Translations under genes and position numbers: made by a program | DNA from: Candidatus Liptonbacteria bacterium | GTDB lineage: Bacteria; Patescibacteriota; Minisyncoccia; UBA6257; 2-01-FULL-56-20 | Assembly: GCA_023244895.1 (NCBI GenBank) | Contig: JAHFLL010000001.1 | Span: 163 to 64,162, forward strand | Length of the DNA: 64,000 nucleotides | Direction of reading: 5' to 3' | In this document: positions 9,546-18,752 of the stretch, in pieces | How the letters are laid out: every line of letters starts with the position of its first letter | Position numbering within the stretch: the first letter of the stretch is position 1 | Notes under the pieces: generated by a model | The model's database searches: none | Seen by the model: only the letters and a program-made list of their open reading frames with translations | What the model was told of the DNA's origin: nothing

Positions 9546-9890
9546 TGACAAACATTTTTGTTTGTCAGAGCCTAAAAGCGCCATTTTTGACAAACAAAAG
9601 TGTTTGTCAGCGTAAAAAGTGTTTAGCGACAAACATTTTAGACAAAATGGGTCCGTAGCGGATGTTTAGCGACAAACATCCGCTATGTAGTGGTTGGTGA
9701 GATGTATCGGGAATATGATCGGTCTTTATCTGCAAAATAGCCTCTTGATATGTCTTCTGACTTAATTATCGCTGTCATAGGTGTTTGTCGCCAAACATAT
9801 TCAACAAATAAATTTAATGGTCGTATTTATTGTTTAGCGACAAACATTTTTAACGCGACAAGTGCGTTTTTTGTGTTTAGCGCTAAACAT
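9546..9890. repeat. array of at least 7 imperfect/perfect palindromes of type TGTTTAGCGACAAACA (TGTTT-N6-AAACA), operator-like
   Basis: Copies sit at about 9546, 9589, 9622, 9662 (extended palindrome GCGGATGTTTAGCGACAAACATCCGC), 9782, 9832 and 9873 (perfect TGTTTAGCGCTAAACA). Spacing is irregular at 32-120 bp. Confidence 0.6.
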
Positions 9891-9925
9891 CTGACACGCG
9901 ATTTAGTTTGTTTTAATATATAGTA

Positions 9926-10297
9926 ATGAGTAACTCGGAGGTAGGTAGGTTAGGCGAGGACCTGGCCTGCCGGTATCTAGAAAGGAATAGATATAGCGTA
10001 ATTGCCCGGAACTATCTTATTAAAAGAGTGGGGGAGCTGGATATTGTGGTTAAAGACAAATCCGGCATATTGGTCTTTGTGGAAGTCAAAACAATGTCCC
10101 CGGGGGAGCTAAAGCCCGAGGACCAATATTCTTTTGCGAAGAGAACTAAAATGACTCGCGCTTGCGAGGTTTTTCTGGCCAAGTATTCGGAATTAGTGAG
10201 CGATAGGGCGGGTTGGCGTATGGATTTAGTTGCAGTTGAGCTACCAGATCCAGAGGTCTCGGAGAAACCGAGAATCCGTCACTACCAGAACGTATAA
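9926..10297 (+). CDS. yraN: YraN/UPF0102 family endonuclease-like protein
   Basis: The 123-aa protein has GRLGEDLACRYLERNRYSVIARNY...DIVVKDKSGILVFVEVKT, the typical YraN core. Confidence 0.75.
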   Translation: MSNSEVGRLGEDLACRYLERNRYSVIARNYLIKRVGELDIVVKDKSGILVFVEVKTMSPGELKPEDQYSFAKRTKMTRACEVFLAKYSELVSDRAGWRMDLVAVELPDPEVSEKPRIRHYQNV

Positions 10298-10412
10298 TTG
10301 ACATAATTCGGCAAGTGTGTTTTAAATAAAATCAGAAAACGAGCGGCCCATTCCCGCTTGATAACAATCCAAGTTGGTGAATGGGGCCGACCTATTGGTT
10401 AGGAGTTTCGCC

Positions 10413-10790
10413 ATGAAGATTCTCGTCGTTGATGATGAGGCTGCTATTCGCGGTATCGTGACGCGCTGGCTCGAAGCCGCTGGTCATGAATCCTGGGCAG
10501 CGGTTAGCGCCGAGCAGGCCGTTGAAGAGCTGGAGTGCATAACTCCGGCTGTTGTCGTGAGCGACATCGAGATGTCCGCTCGCAACGGGTTCTGGTTGGC
10601 GGAAGAGATTGGCCGTCGATGGCCCAACACAGCAGTCATTCTGATGACCGGCTGTTTGGACGCGGGTATGGCCAGGCGGAGCATGAGTACGGGCGCGATT
10701 GACTATCTGCGCAAGCCATTCACGCGCGACCAGCTCGTGGCCTCCGTCAGTCGCGCGTTGCTCTGGCACCATTCACGAGTCGCTTCGTAA
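10413..10790 (+). CDS. stand-alone response-regulator receiver (CheY-like) domain protein, on high-GC island
   Basis: MKILVVDDEAAIRG..., the phospho-acceptor Asp region VVVSDIEMSARNG and ILMTG...K are present. A GGAG RBS lies upstream. No output domain or kinase is nearby. Local GC is about 62%. Confidence 0.7.
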   Translation: MKILVVDDEAAIRGIVTRWLEAAGHESWAAVSAEQAVEELECITPAVVVSDIEMSARNGFWLAEEIGRRWPNTAVILMTGCLDAGMARRSMSTGAIDYLRKPFTRDQLVASVSRALLWHHSRVAS

Positions 10791-10820
10791 TCGTAAACGG
10801 CAATCCAGGGAGGATATGTT

Positions 10821-11423
10821 ATGCGTTCGATTCTCGTGCTCGTCTTCGTGCTCATACTCGTGTCTGTGCCCGCAGTTGGCCAGACGTTGGCAACGGCCGA
10901 GACGGCTGGCTCCGGTAAGACCGCCGTCGTCGGCATGTACGACCGCGATTACGCGGGCGCATGGTTGGACGGCAGATTCGCGTTCGTGCGCGGCCTGTCC
11001 GACAGCTTCGACCTGTACCTGCTGACCGGACACACCAGGGTCGGCGGGGAGGGTCAGTGGTTTATCGCTGGGGGCGGCAACCTCCACCTTCTAGGGTGGC
11101 AGGGGACGCACCTGGCCGTGAACCCCATGATCGCTACCCCGGTCACGAATCGGAACAAGGCGTCCGTGGCGTGGTTCAACCCAGCGCTCATCGTCAGCCA
11201 GCGTCTCGTCGGAACCAAGCTCATCGCCTACGCGGCGGCGAATGTGGTGGTCCCGCTGGGCAAGACAGAGCGGGGCGTGTTTACCCCCGCGGAGACGTAT
11301 GTAAACTGGCCAGTTGGTCTCGCGGCCACCTTCGGCCAGTGGTCGGTTCTCGCAGAGTTCGACATCGGCGGGGAAAAGACCAGGGCGGTCGCCATTGCCG
11401 TGGCCTACCTACTGCCCAAGTAG
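10821..11423 (+). CDS. secreted hypothetical protein (signal peptide, beta-rich), high-GC island
   Basis: The signal peptide is MRSILVLVFVLILVSVPAVGQ, with a GGGAGG RBS. The protein ends with an aromatic-terminal-like ...AVAYLLPK. Confidence 0.5.
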   Translation: MRSILVLVFVLILVSVPAVGQTLATAETAGSGKTAVVGMYDRDYAGAWLDGRFAFVRGLSDSFDLYLLTGHTRVGGEGQWFIAGGGNLHLLGWQGTHLAVNPMIATPVTNRNKASVAWFNPALIVSQRLVGTKLIAYAAANVVVPLGKTERGVFTPAETYVNWPVGLAATFGQWSVLAEFDIGGEKTRAVAIAVAYLLPK

Positions 11424-11483
11424 GTGGAGCTACGGCCAGAGGAGGGTCCCGTTGCGCGCGGCGTAATGGGGCCTTTCTGTTTC

Positions 11484-11513
11484 TTGACGAATTTTTGTCT
11501 CCACTATAGTATG
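11484..11513 (+). promoter_or_regulatory. candidate sigma70-type promoter for nusA (TTGACG ... TATAGT)
   Basis: TTGACG at 11484 and TATAGT/TAGTAT about 15-18 bp downstream. Two leader hairpins follow: GTCCGCccctgaaGCGGAC and CCCGTCTttcgggAGACGGG. Confidence 0.35.
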
Positions 11514-11618
11514 AAACTGTTGTGAGTCCGCCCCTGAAGCGGACATTATTTTTAAAAGGTTCGGACAATCCCGTCTTTCGGGAGACGGGTAAATAAAAAC
11601 TAAATAACAATTAAATAA

Positions 11619-12851
11619 ATGTTAAACGTAAAAGAGTTAGATAAGGCGGTTAAGCAGGTCGCGGAAGAAAAAGGTCTGGCGCCGGAGAGGGTAATGGAGG
11701 CGATTGAGTCTTCCATCGCGGCGGCCTACAAAAAAGAGTATGGCACGCGCGGGGAGTTAATTCGCGCCAAACTGGATATGAAATCCGGTGATTTAAACTT
11801 TTGGCGCATCAAAACCGTAGTGGACGAGACCACGGTTCGTTTTCCGGATCCAAATGCGGAAGAAGAAATAGAAGAGGGGAGCAGCGAAAATTCCAAGGCT
11901 CAAGTGGAGGAAGTAATTGAAGAAGACGATGAAACCAAATTGCCCCGCTTCAACCCGGAACGGCACATCTTACTCGCGGAAGCGAAGGAGATAAAAAAAG
12001 ACGTGGCGCTTGGAGAAGAAATGAGTTTTCCACTGGAGACCCACGAAGAGTTCGGACGCATCGCGGCACAGGCCGCCAAGCAGGCCATCTTCCAGCGCTT
12101 GCGTGAATCGGAGCGCGAATCAATTTTGACGGAGTGGAAAGAAAAGGACGGTCAGATAGTGAGTGGCACCGTGCAGAGATTTGAGCGGGGGAATGTTTAT
12201 ATTGACCTCGGACGCGCGGTGGGCGTGATGTTCGCGAACGAATCCATCCCGGGCGAGCACTATCGCAACGGTGAACGTTTGCGCTTTTTGGTTACGGCGG
12301 TGCAGGAAGATACGCGTTTGCCGGGCATAATTCTTTCTCGCTCCCATCCTAAGTTTGTGGCAAAGCTTTTTGAAATGGAGGTGCCGGAAGTTGCGGATGG
12401 CGCGGTGGAAATAAAAATGATTACGCGTGAGCCAGGCAGTCGCACCAAGGTTGCCGTTGTCTCGCACGTGGATGGAGTAGACCCGGTGGGTGCCTTAGTT
12501 GGTCAGCGCGGTACGCGGGTAATGGCCGTTAACAACGAATTAGGCCAGGAAAAGATAGATATTATTGAGTATTCTGAGGATATTGAAAAATTCATCGGCA
12601 ACTCTCTCTCGCCTGCCAAAACAAAATCAGTGGAGATTTTGGACAAGCGGGAAGCGCGGGTATATGTCGCGGAAGATCAGCTGTCTTTGGCCATTGGCCG
12701 AGGGGGACAGAATGTGCGTTTGGCGGCCAAGCTGACCGGCTGGAAAATAGACGTGCGCTCTCAGTCCCGTCCGGAAGATGTGCAAGAGGGAGGAGTCGGC
12801 GCGGTAGATTCTGAGGAAGAGGTCGAATCGGAAGATAAGGAGAATTCTTAA
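11619..12851 (+). CDS. nusA: transcription termination/antitermination factor NusA
   Basis: The 410-aa ORF has the NusA N-terminal domain, an S1 domain and two KH domains ([21 protein letters not shown]). There is an acidic insertion after residue 80 and an acidic C-terminal tail. Confidence 0.9.
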   Translation: MLNVKELDKAVKQVAEEKGLAPERVMEAIESSIAAAYKKEYGTRGELIRAKLDMKSGDLNFWRIKTVVDETTVRFPDPNAEEEIEEGSSENSKAQVEEVIEEDDETKLPRFNPERHILLAEAKEIKKDVALGEEMSFPLETHEEFGRIAAQAAKQAIFQRLRESERESILTEWKEKDGQIVSGTVQRFERGNVYIDLGRAVGVMFANESIPGEHYRNGERLRFLVTAVQEDTRLPGIILSRSHPKFVAKLFEMEVPEVADGAVEIKMITREPGSRTKVAVVSHVDGVDPVGALVGQRGTRVMAVNNELGQEKIDIIEYSEDIEKFIGNSLSPAKTKSVEILDKREARVYVAEDQLSLAIGRGGQNVRLAAKLTGWKIDVRSQSRPEDVQEGGVGAVDSEEEVESEDKENS

Positions 12852-12883
12852 TTTCCACTAGAGTCAAAATAAAAAACAAAAAT

Positions 12884-14887
12884 ATGAATCCAAATATTTT
12901 GTATCTCGGAGCGGCGGTAATCTCAATACTATTTAGTGGTGGGCTGATCGGAATCTTGCGCAAGAGCCCGAGAGGAGATGAAAAGATGTTGGCCATTCAG
13001 TCGGCTATTCGGGAAGGATCCAAGAGCTATCTCCGCCGGCAGAATAAAACGGTGGCGGCAGTGGCGCTTGTAATCGCGATCGTGCTTTATTTCGCGATGG
13101 ACTGGAAAACATCCCTCGGTTTTGTGCTGGGAGCATTCGCTTCCGCGCTGGCGGGTTATCTTGGAATGATGACCGCGGTAGATACCAATGCCCGCACTAC
13201 CGAAGCGGCCAAGTCCGGAATTGCGAAGGCCTTTCGGGTGGCGTTCTTGGGTGGTTCGGTTACTGGTTTCCTAGTAGTCGGTTTGGGGCTTCTGGTCACA
13301 GGAGGCTTCTATTATATATTCCGGGACGCACAGGCCTTAACAGGCTTGGCTTTCGGTAGCTCTCTCATTTCTGTTTTCGCGCGCTTGGGTGGTGGAATAT
13401 TTACCAAGGCTGCGGATGTGGGCACGGATATGGTCGGTAAAATTGAAGCCGGAATTCCGGAAGACGATCCGCGCAACCCGGGTGTTATCGCGGATAACGT
13501 TGGCGACAACGTGGGGGATTGCGCTGGTATGGCAGCGGATTTGTTTGAAACTTACGCGGTGACTTTGACCGCGGCGGTTCTCTTGGGTTGGGCGGGTATG
13601 ACGGAGGGTCAGGTGGTGTTCCCGTTTGTTCTGGGTGGCCTGGCGGTTATAGCTTCAATCCTAGGCACGCTTTTTGTGAGACTCGGGAAAGATGGCGGGA
13701 TTATGAAGGCGCTCTACAAGGGCCTGGCAGTTACAATTGTTGCTTCCGCAATCTTATTCTATTTTGCGGCTAAGTTTTTCTTCGGAGACTCTCTGGATGG
13801 TATTGGCTATATGGATGTCTTCGTGGCGAGCCTGGTTGGCTTAGCGGTTACGATACTGATGGTATTGGTAACCGATTACTACACCGCCAAGAAGTACCGT
13901 CCCGTAAAGAGCATCGCGGAAGCTTCCAAAACCGGACATGGCACCAATATTATTATTGGTCTCGCGGTCGGAATGGAATCCACCTTCTTGCCGATACTTA
14001 TAATAGTAGGCGGAATTTTGACGGCTTATAGCTTGGTGGGTGTTTATGGTATCGCTATCGCGGCAGTTAGCATGCTTTCGGTCGCGGGCGTGATTGTGGC
14101 GATAGATTCTTTCGGTCCCATCACCGACAACGCGGGTGGCATCGCGGAAATGACCGGCGCGCCGGAAAATGTGCGCGAAGCGACAGACGCCCTAGACGCG
14201 GTCGGCAACACCACCAAAGCGATTACTAAGGGTTACGCGATTGCATCCGCCGGCTTAGCCGCTCTGGTTCTCTTTGGCGGATACACGGAAGAGCTGGCTA
14301 AGAAATTCGGCGCAGACGCGGTGGATGGATTCTTCCGCTTGAGCGATCCCATGACCCTGGCGGGACTTCTAATCGGCGCGGCCATTCCTTATCTTTTCGG
14401 TTCCATGGCCATGCGTGCGGTCGGTAAAACGGCGGGCGTGCTGGTGGTAGAGATTCGCAGGCAGTTCCATGAGATTAAGGGAATTATGACTCACGAACAG
14501 AAGCCGGAGTACGGCAAGGCGGTAGATATTGTAACCAAGGCGGCTTTGCGCGAAATGGTCGCGCCCGCTCTGGTTGGAATAATAATCGTGCCTATTGTAG
14601 GTTTTGGCTTAGGTGCGAACGCGTTGGGCGGACTACTAATCGGAACTATTGTTTCCGGCTTATTCGTAGCTATCTCTATGACCTCCGGCGGAGCCGCTTG
14701 GGACAATGCCAAGAAGTATATTGAAGCCGGCAATTTCGGAGGTAAGGGCTCGGAGGCCCACAAGGCGGCCGTAACGGGAGACACTGTCGGCGATCCTTAT
14801 AAAGACACCGCTGGTCCGGCTATCAATCCCTTAATCAAGGTCATCAACATCGTAGCCCTGCTGTTAGTAAAATTCCTGCGGGGTTAA
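12884..14887 (+). CDS. hppA: membrane-bound proton-translocating pyrophosphatase (H+-PPase)
   Basis: The 667-aa polytopic membrane protein carries [25 protein letters not shown] and other H+-PPase signature motifs. Confidence 0.9.
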   Translation: MNPNILYLGAAVISILFSGGLIGILRKSPRGDEKMLAIQSAIREGSKSYLRRQNKTVAAVALVIAIVLYFAMDWKTSLGFVLGAFASALAGYLGMMTAVDTNARTTEAAKSGIAKAFRVAFLGGSVTGFLVVGLGLLVTGGFYYIFRDAQALTGLAFGSSLISVFARLGGGIFTKAADVGTDMVGKIEAGIPEDDPRNPGVIADNVGDNVGDCAGMAADLFETYAVTLTAAVLLGWAGMTEGQVVFPFVLGGLAVIASILGTLFVRLGKDGGIMKALYKGLAVTIVASAILFYFAAKFFFGDSLDGIGYMDVFVASLVGLAVTILMVLVTDYYTAKKYRPVKSIAEASKTGHGTNIIIGLAVGMESTFLPILIIVGGILTAYSLVGVYGIAIAAVSMLSVAGVIVAIDSFGPITDNAGGIAEMTGAPENVREATDALDAVGNTTKAITKGYAIASAGLAALVLFGGYTEELAKKFGADAVDGFFRLSDPMTLAGLLIGAAIPYLFGSMAMRAVGKTAGVLVVEIRRQFHEIKGIMTHEQKPEYGKAVDIVTKAALREMVAPALVGIIIVPIVGFGLGANALGGLLIGTIVSGLFVAISMTSGGAAWDNAKKYIEAGNFGGKGSEAHKAAVTGDTVGDPYKDTAGPAINPLIKVINIVALLLVKFLRG

Positions 14888-14896
14888 AATAGATAC

Positions 14897-15478
14897 ATGA
14901 ATCTAATTCCAACAGTTATTGAAAAGTCGCAGTACGGTGAGCGCGCCTACGATATATACTCCCGCCTATTAAAAGAAAGAATCATCTTTCTAGGTGGTCC
15001 GGTAAATGACGTGGTGGCGAACGCCGTGATCGCGCAATTGCTTTTCCTGCAACACGAAGACCCCAAGAAGGATATTCAGTTATACATCAATTCTCCGGGC
15101 GGCTCGGTGGCGGCGGGACTCGCGATTTACGACACCATGCAATATGTGAGGCCGGACGTGTCCACGATCTGTGTGGGCATGGCCGCCTCTATGGGCGCGG
15201 TTCTACTCGCAGCAGGCAAGAAGGGTAAGCGCTTCGCTCTGCCCAACTCTCAAATTCTCTTGCACCAGGTAATGGGTGGAGTGGAGGGTCAGGCGAGCGA
15301 GGTGGAAATCACCGCGCGTCAGATACTAAAGATAAAAGAGAAGATGAATCAGATCTTGGCCAAGCACACCGGTCAGTCCATCTCTAAAGTAGAGAAGGAC
15401 ACTGACCGTGACTTCTATATGACTCCAGAGGAGGCTAAGAAGTATGGTCTGATAGATCAGATGATAAAATCTAAATAG
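14897..15478 (+). CDS. clpP: ATP-dependent Clp protease proteolytic subunit
   Basis: The 193-aa protein has [19 protein letters not shown] and [13 protein letters not shown] (catalytic Ser) motifs. Confidence 0.9.
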   Translation: MNLIPTVIEKSQYGERAYDIYSRLLKERIIFLGGPVNDVVANAVIAQLLFLQHEDPKKDIQLYINSPGGSVAAGLAIYDTMQYVRPDVSTICVGMAASMGAVLLAAGKKGKRFALPNSQILLHQVMGGVEGQASEVEITARQILKIKEKMNQILAKHTGQSISKVEKDTDRDFYMTPEEAKKYGLIDQMIKSK

Positions 15479-15513
15479 TAAGCAGATAGTAGTAAGTAGT
15501 AGGTAGTGTTGGT

Positions 15514-15552
15514 AAAAACAAATAGCCCCGCGCATGCGGGGTTATTTGTTTT
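15514..15552 (+). terminator. rho-independent terminator after clpP
   Basis: The hairpin is aaaacaaataGCCCCGCgcatGCGGGGttatttgtttt, followed by a T-tract. Confidence 0.6.
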
Positions 15553-15651
15553 CTGTTCCCTCAAAAAGTTATTGACATTGTTTCCATAAAAATATAAAAA
15601 CTATACAGGGACTGGGACGGACCTGGTCTTTTTTCGTTGGAGGGGCTCAGG

Positions 15652-16068
15652 ATGGCGAACGTAAAGGGAAAGATGGACGAGGGTAGGCATGGAGAGTTGC
15701 GGGCCATGTTGGAAGAACTTTTGACCAAATTCCGGACCGATACCCGGGATAAGGTCAGAAGGGCTCGTCCGCAGGATGGCGACCGTCGTATTGGCGCAAC
15801 CGACGATGATCCGCCGGAAGACCTGGAGCGCGGGGTGATTCTCGCGACGGCACAGGTCGCATCGGAAATGGCTAGTGCCGTGGGGCAAGCCTTGGCGCGA
15901 CTGGAGGAGGGCGCCTACGGCTTCTGCTGCGATTGTGACGATGACATCTCTCCCGCCCGGCTCCGGGCACTGCCGTTCGCTGTGCGCTGTACGGACTGCG
16001 AGAGGATTCGTGAGCAAGGAAAAGAATGGGAACGGCGCGAGACTCCGACCTCGTTGTTCCTCCAATAG
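15652..16068 (+). CDS. DksA/TraR-family C4 zinc-finger protein (second paralog, on high-GC island)
   Basis: GAYGFCCDCDDDISPARLRALPFAVRCTDCE matches the TraR/DksA finger, and a GGAGGGG RBS sits upstream of the ATG at 15652. The island is about 65% GC, so I discount the overlapping opposite-strand ORF. Confidence 0.55.
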   Translation: MANVKGKMDEGRHGELRAMLEELLTKFRTDTRDKVRRARPQDGDRRIGATDDDPPEDLERGVILATAQVASEMASAVGQALARLEEGAYGFCCDCDDDISPARLRALPFAVRCTDCERIREQGKEWERRETPTSLFLQ

Positions 16069-16146
16069 ATGCGGCGAGCGTGGCGTGGGCCCGGGTGCGT
16101 AATGCGCCCGGGCTCCTAAATTTATCGGCACCTATTTATTTATCGA

Positions 16147-16944
16147 TTAAACCTGGGATATAGTTTTATTCTTTATATCCATATCTAATCTTTTGGCTTC
16201 CGCCCAGGCCAGCTCGTAAATCTCTTTCATTGCCTCCGCTATTTCCTGACTTTCTATTATAATGCCCAACTTTTCCCGCCAGGAGGCAATCATAACCTTA
16301 TTGTCGTAGATATTTATCTCCGGAGAAAAATGGAACTTGTCCGCCGGCACCAAGGCCGTCTCGCGCGACTCATCCTTATCTTGACTGGCCCTTTCCATTC
16401 CCGCGGGATTGGCGGGAATTATGGCGCGAATTGAAATCCCCTTACCGGCCCGCCGTTTATAATATTGTGGGAAGTAGTGTGGTAGAGCTCCATGCATGTC
16501 CTCTATGCTCGCGAAAGCCCTTATCGACTCGCGTGATGTTAGAGTGTCTTCATAAACTTCTTCCATCCCCTCTGTGCCCTCATGGAAGATAACTCTCGGC
16601 CTGGCCCCTTTCTGATAGATGGACTTAAGCTCGGGTACTAATTTTTGGGCGATAGACATGTGTTCTTGACCGCGAGCAACCTCATCTTGAAGAAGCTTGA
16701 GTATCTTTTCGGGGTCCTCGGCGGTGTATTGCTGTTTAGGTTTCTTGCCCGAGACAGAAATCATTTCTCGTGCGACCAAGTTGTCTAAAATACTGTATCC
16801 AGTGGTGCGATTAATTCCCGCCTTGCGGGTGATTTCAGTTACCGTGCCCTGACCCATCTCTAGAATCGCCAGATAGACCATGGCCATTCTAGCCTGGAGA
16901 CCAAGCGAGATGAGTTGTTTTTGAAGGGGGGATTCTTGGGCCAT
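16147..16944 (-). CDS. TrmB-family transcriptional regulator (N-terminal winged HTH plus sugar-binding-like C-terminal domain)
   Basis: The 265-aa protein has an N-terminal LAILEMGQGTVTEITRKAGINRTTGYSILDNLV helix-turn-helix typical of TrmB. Confidence 0.6.
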   Translation of the reverse strand: MAQESPLQKQLISLGLQARMAMVYLAILEMGQGTVTEITRKAGINRTTGYSILDNLVAREMISVSGKKPKQQYTAEDPEKILKLLQDEVARGQEHMSIAQKLVPELKSIYQKGARPRVIFHEGTEGMEEVYEDTLTSRESIRAFASIEDMHGALPHYFPQYYKRRAGKGISIRAIIPANPAGMERASQDKDESRETALVPADKFHFSPEINIYDNKVMIASWREKLGIIIESQEIAEAMKEIYELAWAEAKRLDMDIKNKTISQV

Positions 16945-17042
16945 ATTGTCTATATCTTATACCTATCCCAGCATTGTGTCAATTACTATCAACAAAACAT
17001 CATATAATCCTTGTATTTATTGACTAAAACAGACGTAAGTGC

Positions 17043-17071
17043 TTGACAAGGATATTGGAGCGTGCTATAAT
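17043..17071 (+). promoter_or_regulatory. consensus sigma70 promoter TTGACA-17-TATAAT
   Basis: TTGACA is at 17043-17048 and TATAAT at 17066-17071, with an exact 17-bp spacer. It drives a leader of about 480 nt upstream of the liv operon. Confidence 0.55.
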
Positions 17072-17557
17072 AGGCGCAAGATTGAAGATAGTCTTCGATC
17101 TAGCACCTTGAGAGGCGATGATGCTAGTAAGACTACTCAGATTCACTACCCTAGAGTGCGGTTGCGTCGTAGGACTATACAAGGAGCTTGGCTCTCCTAA
17201 GAAAGTGGCATTTATCGAGGAGAAGGGTTGGGGATGTAGGGCGCATAGGCGCAACCGCCGAATCTCCGAAGATCGGCTTGCAAGAGACGAGGATGCCCAT
17301 CTCTCGTGTCGGCCAAAGTGAAGACGACCTTGCGTCCATTCCTGAGAGAGCAAGGCATGAAGTTGGCCCCGACAACCCAAGTTCGTCGGGGCTCCTACCT
17401 CGGATCATTAACCCCAGAAATTAGTGATTCGAGCCGGGAGGGAAATCCTCAAAAGGTCATAGACAGATAAAAACCAAAATAGTAATATCACACATATAAA
17501 GGTTCGCGTTCCCCGAGGTAGTAAAGGTCATTTGGTTAGATAATATAAACAAGCATT

Positions 17558-18691
17558 ATGAATAAAACAACAAAAATAATATTGGGCGTAGTGGCAGTCG
17601 TGTTGTTGGTTTGGATTGTGGTGGCGAGCAATGGCTCTCAAAATAACTCCGAAATTAAAGTTGGCGTGATTTTGCCTCTTTCCGGAGACGCGGCGAGCTA
17701 TGGCGAGCCCTGGCGTAACGTATTTGATATGACGGCAGAGGAAATAAATAATGCGGGAGGCATAGACGGCAAAAAATTAGTACTGATAGTTGAGGACGGT
17801 AAATGCTCTGGTAAAGATGGCGCTTCCGCAATGGAAAAGTTGGTTAACATAGATAAGGTGCAGGTGGTTTTAGGTGGCTCTTGTAGTAGTGAATCTTTGG
17901 GCGCGGAACCCATCGCGACCAGGGCTAAGGTTCTGCTTTTCTCCGCGGTTTCCAGCAGTCCTGACCTGACCGGCAAGAGCAAGTTTTTCGTGAGGGATTA
18001 TCCCAGCGACTCCGCGCAGAGTAAGGTTTTGGCGGAATTAGCCATACAAAAAGGTTGGAAAAACGTAGCTTTTATTCAGGAGCAAACAGATTTCGCGGTG
18101 GCGCTTCATAAATCATTTACGGACAACTTTCAGGCAGAGGGAAGAACTGTTTCTAAAGAGGAATTTCCTAAGGATACAGCAGACTTCAGGACGATTATAG
18201 CTAAAGTGCGCGCCGGCAATCCGGACGCGGTGTTTGTGGATGTGCAGACCGCTATGGCTGGAGAGAGGATATTCAAGCAGATGCAAGAGATAAGCTGGAA
18301 GCCGAACTTGTTATTGTCGGACCCAGCTATGGGCGACGGGCAGATGCTAGAGAAGAATAAGGTCTTTTTAGAAGGTGCTTTCGGTGCGGAGTTCGTAATA
18401 GATCCTCAGAATACCAAGCTACAACACCTACTTGAAGCGTATAAGGCTAAGTTTGGTAAGGATGTAGAGTATCAGAGTTATGCCCAGGCCATCTACGACC
18501 AAGTATATCTACTAAAGGATGGGATAGAGGCGGTTGGATATAATGGAGAGAAGCTTGCGGGTTGGTTGCGTACAGTGAATAATTGGCAGGGCGCCTCCGG
18601 CTCCATTACCATCGGAGCCGATGGCGATCGAGTGAGCGCTCATTCCTTGGAGATTGTCCGGAGTGGCAAGGCCGAAAGAGTGATAGAATAG
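17558..18691 (+). CDS. livK: branched-chain amino acid ABC transporter substrate-binding protein (LivJ/LivK family)
   Basis: The 377-aa protein has an N-terminal anchor and KVGVILPLSGDAASYG...GGSCSSE, typical of the type I periplasmic-binding protein family. Confidence 0.8.
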   Translation: MNKTTKIILGVVAVVLLVWIVVASNGSQNNSEIKVGVILPLSGDAASYGEPWRNVFDMTAEEINNAGGIDGKKLVLIVEDGKCSGKDGASAMEKLVNIDKVQVVLGGSCSSESLGAEPIATRAKVLLFSAVSSSPDLTGKSKFFVRDYPSDSAQSKVLAELAIQKGWKNVAFIQEQTDFAVALHKSFTDNFQAEGRTVSKEEFPKDTADFRTIIAKVRAGNPDAVFVDVQTAMAGERIFKQMQEISWKPNLLLSDPAMGDGQMLEKNKVFLEGAFGAEFVIDPQNTKLQHLLEAYKAKFGKDVEYQSYAQAIYDQVYLLKDGIEAVGYNGEKLAGWLRTVNNWQGASGSITIGADGDRVSAHSLEIVRSGKAERVIE

Positions 18692-18752
18692 TAGTAGAGA
18701 AACGAAACAAAAAGGGCTGGGCCATTACTCGGACGTCGGCTCCAGCCCTCTT

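Noticed and set aside
9546-9890. Palindromic repeat array considered as a CRISPR array
   Set aside because: The repeats are themselves palindromic operator-like motifs with irregular spacing (32-120 bp) and variable length. There are no uniform spacers and no cas genes anywhere in the window.
10392-11610. Multiple overlapping ORFs on both strands inside GC island 1 (10392..10772-, 10484..10684-, 10699..11025+, 10703..10936-, 10773..11087-, 10961..11509+, 11281..11610-)
   Set aside because: These are GC-driven open frames with low-complexity Arg/Ala/Pro-rich products. They conflict with two well-supported genes that have RBSs and a domain or signal peptide.
15601-16131. Minus-strand 176-aa ORF overlapping the plus-strand DksA/TraR ORF
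   Set aside because: Local GC of about 65% opens many frames. The plus-strand ORF has a canonical RBS and a recognisable C4 zinc finger, while the minus-strand product has no recognisable features.
17080-17557. Liv-operon leader region considered as RNase P RNA, tmRNA, SRP RNA or a T-box
   Set aside because: None of the universal motifs are present. I looked for GGAAAGUCCGGGC and ACAGAACCCGGCUUA (RNase P), a tRNA-like GGUUCGAnUCC...CCA 3' end (tmRNA), the GGUCCGGAAGGAAGCAGC domain IV (SRP), and the AGGGUGGNACCGCG T-box. I kept it only as an unclassified long leader.
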